From NCBI GenBank assembly GCA_964448205.1, contig CAYUVU010000266.1:1-51420 (forward strand): a stretch of DNA of 51,420 nt, in the 5' to 3' direction. Below, piece after piece: positions 44,641 to 51,420 of the stretch. A program made the translations under genes and the position numbers. This stretch comes from an uncultured Acidobacteriota bacterium (GTDB lineage Bacteria > Acidobacteriota > Vicinamibacteria > Marinacidobacterales > Marinacidobacteraceae). Under the pieces are notes generated by a model, which worked only from the letters and a program-made list of their open reading frames with translations, was not told the origin of the DNA and did not search any database. How positions within the stretch are numbered: position 1 is the stretch's first letter; the number at the start of each line of letters is the position of its first letter.

Positions 44641-46224
44641 TCAATGGCGGAAGTGGCGAGCCCCCGTCAGCACCATCGCCAGACCCCGCGCGTCGGCGGC
44701 GTCGATGACCTCCTGGTCCCTCACCGAGCCACCGGGCTGGATCACCGCGGTGATCCCGGCGTCGGCCAGCACCTCGAGTCCATCGGCGAACGGGAAGAAC
44801 GCGTCCGACGCCGCGACGGCGCCTTCAACCGGGGACTGGGCTTTCTCGATCGCGAGCCGGCAGGAGTCGAGCCGGCTCATCTGGCCGGCGCCCACCCCGA
44901 GCAGGGCGCTGCCGCGCCCCACCACGATGGCGTTCGACTTCACGTGTTTCGCCGCCTGCCAGACGAACCGCAGGCCCTCCCATTCGACCTCCGAGGGCTC
45001 CCGGCGGGTGGCTACCCGATACGCCGATTCCTCGTCGCCGCGGTCCCAATCCTGGACCAGCAGTCCGCCCGCAACCCGGGCGAAGTAACGCCCTCCGGGC
45101 GCGAAACCGCGAAGGTCCTTCATCTCGATCAGCCGGAGGTTCTTCTTGCGCCGCAGCCGGGCGAAAGCGTCCGGATGGAAGGAAGGCGCCGCAATGGCCT
45201 CCAGGAAGGTCGAGGCCATCTCCTTCGCGGTGTCCAGATCCACCTCGCGGCTCAGGGCCACGATGCCGCCGAAGGCGGACACCGGGTCGGTAGCGCGCGC
45301 CGCCCGGTACGCCTCCACCAGCGTCCCGGCCACCGCGGCGCCGGCGGGGTTCGAATGCTTGATGATCGCCGCGGCGCCTTCGCCGTCGCCACGGGAGTTC
45401 GCGAGGTCGGCGACGAGCCGCACGGCGGCGTCGAGATCCAGGATGTTGTTGTAGGAGAGCTCCTTGCCGTGGAGCTTCCGGGCGCCCGGGATTCCGGCGG
45501 GCCCGGTTCCCGGATCGCGATAGAGGGCGGCCGTCTGGTGCGGGTTTTCTCCGTAGCGGAGTTCGGCCACCCGCGCGAACTCGAGGGACACCCGCTCGGG
45601 GAAGTCCTCCCCGCCGCCGTCTCCGGCGAAGGAACCCGCGACCGCCCGGTCGTAGGCCGCGGTCGCGGCGAAGGCAGCCCCCGCCAACCGGCGGCGCAGC
45701 GCGTGGCCCACGCCGGGGTCGGGGTCGTCGAGGGCGGCGAGCACCGCCGGGTACTCGTCCGGGTCCACGACCACCGCGACGTCGGGCCAGTTCTTGGCCG
45801 CCGCGCGCACCAGGCAGGGGCCGCCGATGTCGATGTTCTCCCTGAGTTCGTCGTCCCCGGCTCCCCGGGCGAGCGTCTCCTCGAAGGGATAGAAGTTGAC
45901 GGCGACCACGTCGATGGGCCGGATCCCGAGCGACGCGAGCGACTCGAGATCGTCCGGACGCGAGCGGCGGGCGAGGATTCCGCCGTGGATCCGCGGGTGC
46001 AGGGTCTTGACCCGGCCGTCGAGGATCTCGGGATGTCCGGTGACCTCGGAGACCTCGCGCACCGCGATGCCGGAGTCCCGGAGAAAACGGGCCGTGCCGC
46101 CGCTCGCCACGATCTCGAAACCGCGCTCGACCAGCCCCCGGGCGAAGGCGTCGAGCCCCTCCTTGCGGCTGACGCTCAGCAGGGCTCGGCGGGGGTGGTT
46201 GGTGGGGCCTTGCGAATCACTCAT
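44641..46224 (-). CDS. purH: bifunctional AICAR transformylase / IMP cyclohydrolase
   Basis: Last 527 aa of track ORF 44641..46953, from ATG 46224. ALLSVSRKEG..., KTLHPRIHGGILARR, IIKHSNPAGAA, ...TGARHFRH. Confidence 0.95.
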   Translation of the reverse strand: MSDSQGPTNHPRRALLSVSRKEGLDAFARGLVERGFEIVASGGTARFLRDSGIAVREVSEVTGHPEILDGRVKTLHPRIHGGILARRSRPDDLESLASLGIRPIDVVAVNFYPFEETLARGAGDDELRENIDIGGPCLVRAAAKNWPDVAVVVDPDEYPAVLAALDDPDPGVGHALRRRLAGAAFAATAAYDRAVAGSFAGDGGGEDFPERVSLEFARVAELRYGENPHQTAALYRDPGTGPAGIPGARKLHGKELSYNNILDLDAAVRLVADLANSRGDGEGAAAIIKHSNPAGAAVAGTLVEAYRAARATDPVSAFGGIVALSREVDLDTAKEMASTFLEAIAAPSFHPDAFARLRRKKNLRLIEMKDLRGFAPGGRYFARVAGGLLVQDWDRGDEESAYRVATRREPSEVEWEGLRFVWQAAKHVKSNAIVVGRGSALLGVGAGQMSRLDSCRLAIEKAQSPVEGAVAASDAFFPFADGLEVLADAGITAVIQPGGSVRDQEVIDAADARGLAMVLTGARHFRH

Positions 46225-46318
46225 GGGCCGGAAGGCGGCGGATGCTAACAGGGGCGCGGGACCCACGAGTACTCTGGGGAGCCGCCGCCGGATTCCCGCA
46301 TCGCGGCGCCCCGATTCC

Positions 46319-47755
46319 GTGTCCGAAAGCCAGCCACGAGCCCTCGCGCAGCTTCCCGCGGTCGGGAGACTCCTCGAGACGGAACGCTTCCGGAGCCTCG
46401 CCGACGCGTTCGGGAGAACGCTCGTCACCGCCGCGCTCCGCACCGAGATCGCGGACCTTCGCGGGGCCGTGCGCGCGGCGGCCGTTCCCGCCGGCTTCTC
46501 CCGCGATCCCGAGACCTGGCTCGCCGCGGCGGTGGAGTCGCGGCTCGCGCGGGCGGGCGGGCCGGACCTCCGGCGGGTGATCAACGCCACCGGCGTGGTC
46601 GTCCACACCAACCTGGGGAGGGCGCCGCTCTCCGAGGGCGCCGCGCAGGCCGTTTTCCGCGCCGCGAGCGGGTATTCCGACCTCGAGTTCGATCTCGCTT
46701 CCGGCGCCCGAGGGAGCCGCCAGGAACATCTCGCCGGCCTCTTCGAGACGATGTTTCCGGGGAAGGCCTCGACCGTCACCGGGAATGCCGCCGGCGGGGT
46801 GCTGCTGGCGCTCGACACCCTCGCCGCCGGGAAGGACGTGGTGGTGTCCCGAGGGGAACTGGTCGAGATCGGGGACTCCTTCCGGATCCCCGACATCCTG
46901 AAGAAGAGCGGCGCGCGGCTCGTCGAGGTGGGAACCACCAACCGGACGCGCATCGACGACTACCGGCGGGCCATTACCGGGAGCACGGGAGAAGTCGGGG
47001 CGCTGCTCAAGGTGCACCAGTCCAACTTCCGGATCGTCGGCTTCACCGAGGCGGCGTCCACCGCCGACCTCGTTTCGCTGGGAGCGGAGTTCCGGATCCC
47101 CGTCATCGAGGACTTCGGCAGCGGCAACCTGCAGCCCCTGGCCGAACTCGGCGTGGAGGGCGCCGGGGACGAACCGACCCTCGCCGATCGGGTCGCGTCG
47201 GGCGCGGACCTCGTCATCTTCTCGGGAGACAAGCTCTTCGGGGGACCGCAGGCGGGAATCCTGCTCGGGACGCCGGAGGCGATCCGGGCCTGCCGCCGGA
47301 ACCCGCTCGCGCGCGCCCTGCGTCCCGACAAGATGACCATCGCCGGGCTCCAGGCCACGCTCTGGAGCCACCTGACCGGACGCGCCCGCCGCGAAGTCCC
47401 GGTGATCCGCGCCATCGCGCGGCCGTTCGAAGAGATTGCGGCCGCCGCGGAGCGTCTCCGCGATTCTCTCGAGCCTGCCGCCGGCTGGACTGTCGCGGTG
47501 GTTGGGGAGACCTCGCGAATCGGGGGCGGGGCGGCCCCCGGAGCGGGTCTGGCGACCCGCTGCCTGGCTCTCTCCCAGGCCGGCAGCGAGGCGGAGGCGA
47601 TCCGCCGGCGGCTCCTCCGGAACGAGCCGCCAGTGGTCGCCCGCATCGTGGACGACCGGGTGCTCCTCGACCTGCGCACCGTTCCGCCGGAGGAGCAGGA
47701 CGAGCTGCTGGCGGCCCTCCGGCCGCTGGTGGAGGAGCCTGATTCCCGAGGCTGA
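46319..47755 (+). CDS. selA: L-seryl-tRNA(Sec) selenium transferase
   Basis: LAQLPAVGRLLE..., RRVINATGVVVHTNLGRAPL, FSGDKLFGGPQAG (PLP lysine), RALRPDK. Start set at GTG 46319 by N-terminal alignment to E. coli SelA; an in-frame ATG lies at 46223. Confidence 0.88.
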   Translation: MSESQPRALAQLPAVGRLLETERFRSLADAFGRTLVTAALRTEIADLRGAVRAAAVPAGFSRDPETWLAAAVESRLARAGGPDLRRVINATGVVVHTNLGRAPLSEGAAQAVFRAASGYSDLEFDLASGARGSRQEHLAGLFETMFPGKASTVTGNAAGGVLLALDTLAAGKDVVVSRGELVEIGDSFRIPDILKKSGARLVEVGTTNRTRIDDYRRAITGSTGEVGALLKVHQSNFRIVGFTEAASTADLVSLGAEFRIPVIEDFGSGNLQPLAELGVEGAGDEPTLADRVASGADLVIFSGDKLFGGPQAGILLGTPEAIRACRRNPLARALRPDKMTIAGLQATLWSHLTGRARREVPVIRAIARPFEEIAAAAERLRDSLEPAAGWTVAVVGETSRIGGGAAPGAGLATRCLALSQAGSEAEAIRRRLLRNEPPVVARIVDDRVLLDLRTVPPEEQDELLAALRPLVEEPDSRG

Positions 47756-47795
47756 ATCCGGTCCATCCACAAAGTACCCTTCCCGAACCCGCCGC

Positions 47796-48047
47796 ATGAT
47801 TTCCGCCCACGAACGATCCGGCCAGGAGGCTCCCGCGAACCCCGCCGGCATCCTCTTCATCAACGGGGAAGAGCGCGCCGTGCCGCAGCCGGCCTCGGTG
47901 CGGGGCGCCCTCGAGGCGCTCGGGCTGCTGAGCCGCCCGGTCGCGGTCGAGCTCAACGGGAACCTGGTGCGCCGCGCCGACCAGGAGACCACCGCGCTGA
48001 AGCCCGGGGACCGCGTGGAGATCGTGAGCTTCGTGGGCGGTGGCTGA
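47796..48047 (+). CDS. thiS: sulfur-carrier protein ThiS (18-aa N-terminal extension)
   Basis: [11 protein letters not shown]...[17 protein letters not shown], with C-terminal GG. Immediately upstream of thiG and overlapping it by 8 nt. Confidence 0.85.
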   Translation: MISAHERSGQEAPANPAGILFINGEERAVPQPASVRGALEALGLLSRPVAVELNGNLVRRADQETTALKPGDRVEIVSFVGGG

Positions 48048-48831
48048 AGTGACCGCGGTCGAAGACACCCCGCTCTCGCTGGGCGGGCACACCTTCCGGT
48101 CCCGCCTGATCCTCGGCACCGGCAAGTACGCGTCGCTTCCGCTGATGCGGGACTGTCACGCCGCTTCCGGGTGCGAGATGGTGACGGTCGCCGTCCGCCG
48201 GGTGGACCTCGACGCCGAGGAGACCCTGCTCGACTACATCCCCCGCGACCGCTACACGCTGCTCCCCAACACCGCGGACTGCTTCACCGCCCGTGAGGCG
48301 GTCCGGACCGCGCACCTCGCCCGCGAGGCCGGGCTCTCGAACTGGATCAAGCTGGAGGTCATCGGCGACCGGAAGACGCTCTATCCGGACAACGAAGAGC
48401 TCCTGGTCGCCACCCGCGAGCTGGTCGCCGACGGGTTCGTGGTGCTTCCCTACACGAGCGACGACGTGGTGGTCGCCCGGAAGCTCGAGCAGGCGGGGGC
48501 CGCCGCGGTCATGCCGCTCGGAGCCCCCATCGGCTCGGGTCTCGGCATCCAGAACCGCAACAACATCGCGTTCATCCGCGAGGCGGTCTCGGTGCCGGTC
48601 ATCGTGGACGCCGGGGTGGGGACCGCGTCGGACGTGACGGTGGCGATGGAGCTGGGCGCCGACGGCGTCCTCCTGAACACCGCGGTCGCGGCGGCCGGGA
48701 ATCCGGTGAAGATGGCGGAGGCGATGAAGCTCGCGGTCGAGGGCGGGCGGCTCTCCTGGCTCGCGGGACGCATGCCCCGCCGCCGCTACGCCACCGCGTC
48801 CTCGCCCCCGGCGGACGCGCCGCTCGCCTAG
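48040..48831 (+). CDS. thiG: thiazole synthase
   Basis: [12 protein letters not shown]..., [22 protein letters not shown]; GTG start. Confidence 0.95.
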   Translation: MAEVTAVEDTPLSLGGHTFRSRLILGTGKYASLPLMRDCHAASGCEMVTVAVRRVDLDAEETLLDYIPRDRYTLLPNTADCFTAREAVRTAHLAREAGLSNWIKLEVIGDRKTLYPDNEELLVATRELVADGFVVLPYTSDDVVVARKLEQAGAAAVMPLGAPIGSGLGIQNRNNIAFIREAVSVPVIVDAGVGTASDVTVAMELGADGVLLNTAVAAAGNPVKMAEAMKLAVEGGRLSWLAGRMPRRRYATASSPPADAPLA

Positions 48832-49586
48832 TGGCACCCACCGCCCGCAAGAAGGCCCGGGCCGCAGGGAACGAGCAAACTCCGGACAGCCAGGCGGCGG
48901 AAAGGGCCCTCCGGCGGCGCGCGGGACGGATCGTCCGGGTGCTCGCGAAGGATTACAACGCGGCCGAGTGCGCGCTGCTGCACGATTCCGCGCTCCAGTT
49001 GCTGGTCGCCACCATCCTCTCGGCGCAGTGCACCGACCGCCGGGTGAACATGGTGACCCCGGCGCTCTTCGCCCGCTACCCGACGGCCGACGACTTCGCC
49101 GACGCCGACCCGGACGAACTGGAGGAGATGATCCATTCGACCGGCTTCTTCCGGAACAAGACCCGTTCGATCATGGGCGCCTGCCAGCGGATCCGCGACG
49201 ACTTCGGCGGCGAGGTGCCGGACAACATGAAGGACCTCCTGACGCTACCGGGCGTCGCCCGGAAGACCGCGAACGTGGTCCTCGGCACCTGGTTCGGGAA
49301 GAACGAAGGCGTGGTGGTGGACACCCACGTGTTCCGCATCTCGCATCGACTGGGCCTCGCGCCGAAGAAGAACACGTCGCACACCGAGCAGCGGCTGATG
49401 GCGCTCGTCCCGCGCCGGGAATGGACCAACTTCAGCCACCGGGTGATCCTCCACGGCCGGGCCATCTGCGACGCCCGAAACCCGAAATGCCGGGAATGCA
49501 CGCTGGAGAGCATGTGTCCGAGGAACGGTGTCGAGTCGCCACCGGCCGCACCCCGGAAACCGGCGATGCGCCGCTCCCGCCGGTAG
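48831..49586 (+). CDS. nth: endonuclease III
   Basis: LVATILSAQCTD..., HhH LLTLPGVARKTANVVL, 4Fe-4S cluster CDARNPKCRECTLESMC. GTG start overlaps the thiG stop by 1 nt. Confidence 0.94.
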   Translation: MAPTARKKARAAGNEQTPDSQAAERALRRRAGRIVRVLAKDYNAAECALLHDSALQLLVATILSAQCTDRRVNMVTPALFARYPTADDFADADPDELEEMIHSTGFFRNKTRSIMGACQRIRDDFGGEVPDNMKDLLTLPGVARKTANVVLGTWFGKNEGVVVDTHVFRISHRLGLAPKKNTSHTEQRLMALVPRREWTNFSHRVILHGRAICDARNPKCRECTLESMCPRNGVESPPAAPRKPAMRRSRR

Positions 49587-49593
49587 CCGCTTC

Positions 49594-50634
49594 GTGAAGC
49601 TCGGTCTCGAACTCGGCTACGTGACGAAGGGCTCACCAGACCCGGTAGCGCTCGCCGAGCGGGCGGAGGCGTCAGGGTTCGACTCGGTCTGGGTGTCCGA
49701 GGCGTGGGGTTCCGACGGGGTCAGCCTGCTGGCCTGGATCGGCGCCCGGACCGAACGGGTCACGCTCGGCACCGCCATCCTGCCCATCGGCTCGCGCACC
49801 CCGGCGCTCCTCGCGCAGACCGCGGCCACGCTGGACATGCTGAGCGGAGGACGGCTGATCCTCGGCCTCGGCGTGTCCGGTCCGCAGGTCATGGAGGGTT
49901 GGCACGGCGTCCCGTTCGGAAAGCCGGTGACCCGGACCCGCGAAACCGTGGACGTCATCCGGCAGATCCTGCGCCGGGAGGCAAAGCTGGAGTACGGCGG
50001 GGAGTCCATCCGGCTCCCGATGCCGGACGGCACCGGGCTCGGAAAGCCGCTGAAGCTCATGCTGCGGCCGCGCCGCGCCCGGATTCCGATCTACGTCGCC
50101 TCGATCGGTCCGCAGAACACCGCGCTCACCGCGGAGATCGCGGACGGCTGGCTCCCGTTCCTCTATTCGCCGGACCGGGCGGCCGAGGTTTGGGGCCCCG
50201 CGCTCGCCGCCGGCGCCGCAAGCCGGAAGCTCCCGGCGCCGCTCGAAGTCGCTCCGATGGTGGATTGCGCCCTCGGCGACGATCTGTCCCGTCTTCGCGA
50301 CCGGTTGCGGCCCGGGATCGCGCTCTACGTGGGCGGCATGGGGGCGCGCCAGCGCAACTTCTACAACCAGCTCGCGTGCCGCTACGGCTACGAGGCCGAG
50401 GCGCAGACGGTCCAGGACCTCTACCTGGACGGGAAAAAGGATGACGCGGCGGCGGCCGTCCCGGACGGGCTGGTGGACGAGATCTGCCTCGTCGGGCCGG
50501 AGGCGCGGATCGCCGAGCGGATCGCCGCCTACCGGGAAGCGGGAGTCACGACGCTGATCGTCTCGCCGCCCGTGGACGAGGAGGGGAACCCCGCGCCGGA
50601 CGGTCTGGACGCGCTGCGGCGCGCCTGCTCCTGA
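49594..50634 (+). CDS. luciferase-like monooxygenase (LLM) family oxidoreductase; flavin versus F420 not decidable here
   Basis: VKLGLELGY...AEASGFDSVWVSEAWGSD...LDMLSGGRLILGLGVSGPQ... Start set at GTG 49594, after the nth stop. Confidence 0.85.
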   Translation: MKLGLELGYVTKGSPDPVALAERAEASGFDSVWVSEAWGSDGVSLLAWIGARTERVTLGTAILPIGSRTPALLAQTAATLDMLSGGRLILGLGVSGPQVMEGWHGVPFGKPVTRTRETVDVIRQILRREAKLEYGGESIRLPMPDGTGLGKPLKLMLRPRRARIPIYVASIGPQNTALTAEIADGWLPFLYSPDRAAEVWGPALAAGAASRKLPAPLEVAPMVDCALGDDLSRLRDRLRPGIALYVGGMGARQRNFYNQLACRYGYEAEAQTVQDLYLDGKKDDAAAAVPDGLVDEICLVGPEARIAERIAAYREAGVTTLIVSPPVDEEGNPAPDGLDALRRACS

Positions 50635-50649
50635 ACGGTGATTCGATAG

Positions 50650-51246
50650 ATGACGCTTTTCCTCCTGCTGCTGGCCTTCTACGGGATGACCGTGGTGCGG
50701 GCGCTGCTCGTTCGCCGGAGAACGGGAATCAACCCGGTGAAGCTGCAAGCGGACGACTCGGTGTTCGAGGCAACGGGTCGCGTTCTGAAGGCGAGCATCG
50801 GAACCTGGCTGCTCATCAGTCTGGTGTACGCCTTCGCGCCGGGATGGAAGCCGTGGCTGGTCCCCATCCAGTACCTGGAGACCGAGGCCGTTCACCGGGC
50901 CGGCGCCATCGTCGCTGCGATCGCGATCGTGTGGATCGGCATCGGCCAGGCCCAGATGGCCGCCTCCTTCCGGATGGGAGTCGATTCCTCCGAGAAGACG
51001 GCCCTCGTCCGTCGCGGGCTCTTCTCGTGGTCGAGAAATCCGATCTACCTCGGCCTCCTGGCGGGGGTGGGCGGGTTCTTCCTGGTGGCGCCCAACGCCC
51101 TCAGCTTCGGCGCCCTCGTCGCCGCCTGGATCGGGATCAAGATCCAGGTTCGGCTGGAGGAGGAATACCTGCTTTCGAAGCACGGCGACGCCTACCGCGA
51201 GTACCAATCCAGCGTGCGGCGGTGGATCGGGACGCGGCGCGGCTGA
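50650..51246 (+). CDS. ICMT/PEMT-family membrane methyltransferase
   Basis: Multi-pass membrane protein with the C-terminal signature GLFSWSRNPIYLG...RLEEEYLLSKHGDAYREYQSSVRRW. Confidence 0.8.
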   Translation: MTLFLLLLAFYGMTVVRALLVRRRTGINPVKLQADDSVFEATGRVLKASIGTWLLISLVYAFAPGWKPWLVPIQYLETEAVHRAGAIVAAIAIVWIGIGQAQMAASFRMGVDSSEKTALVRRGLFSWSRNPIYLGLLAGVGGFFLVAPNALSFGALVAAWIGIKIQVRLEEEYLLSKHGDAYREYQSSVRRWIGTRRG

Positions 51247-51420
51247 CCGGGTCGGTCGGGCTTCAGCCGTGATGGCGCCGCCGGCCTGGAACGCCGGCTT
51301 CAGCCGGCACAGCCCGCCGCAGGCGGTGCGACTCGCCGGTCGTGTCCGCCGCGCCGCTGACGCGGGCCGCGCCGGTTAGGTCGCTCTAGTCGCGGAGGGT
51401 CGCGGCGGAGACGACCGGGG

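Noticed and set aside
47763-47771. DnaA-box-like CCATCCACA, together with the strand-orientation switch near 46.2-46.3 kb, considered as a possible replication origin.
   Set aside because: There is a single 7/9 match. No AT-rich unwinding element or box cluster is present, and the intergenic spaces are short and GC-rich. Divergent purH/selA alone is not evidence for oriC.
47740-47800. Possible TPP (THI-box) riboswitch upstream of thiS-thiG.
   Set aside because: Only fragments resemble the consensus (GGCTGA, ACCCTTCCCGAACC). The highly conserved CUGAGA and ACCUGAUCUGGAUAAUGCCAGCG elements are absent, and only 40 nt separate selA from thiS. A cmsearch with RF00059 would settle it.
51247-51420. 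Window tail after the methyltransferase: hairpins gccggc-ttca-gccggc and ccgcc-gca-ggcgg, and a possible minus-strand stop (cta at about 51388).
   Set aside because: No U-tract follows the hairpins. Only about 11 codons of any minus-strand gene would lie inside the window, so nothing can be called.

Overview
High-GC bacterial core-genome window (GC judged by eye, not computed), with no mobile elements, CRISPR arrays, rRNA genes or obvious accessory island. Positions 232-31290 (minus strand) hold one collinear translation/transcription supercluster: promoter, tRNA-Thr(TGT), tRNA-Tyr, tRNA-Gly, tRNA-Thr(GGT), tuf, rpmG, tRNA-Trp, secE, nusG, rplKAJL, rpoBC, rpsL, rpsG, fusA, then the S10 and spc operons and infA, rpmJ, rpsM, rpsK. 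The minus-strand run continues upstream with rlmB-like, ispDF, radA, dnaB, rplI, rpsR, rpsF, pth, rplY, prs, tRNA-Gln, ispE, a LolB-like gene, a secreted TPR protein and purH. From about 46.3 kb the plus strand carries selA, thiS, thiG, nth, an LLM-family oxidoreductase and an ICMT-family methyltransferase. Many neighbouring genes overlap by 4 nt (GTGA/ATGA), and several start at GTG or TTG. I found no convincing novel multi-gene system. The best leads are modest. (1) A roughly 30-aa Cys4 insertion in RpoB. (2) Two near-consensus promoters that share an 11-nt alternating CG/TA spacer core; one feeds a long structured rpsL leader with no Shine-Dalgarno (SD) sequence. (3) The ribosomal cluster ends after rpsK at terminator-like inverted repeats beside a G14 tract. 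(4) A LolB-like gene in lolB-ispE-prs synteny has a signal-peptide-like upstream segment but no canonical start codon. (5) Several ribosomal proteins carry low-complexity tails. The many long antisense ORFs in the track are treated as high-GC artefacts. Taxon is not callable from this window.
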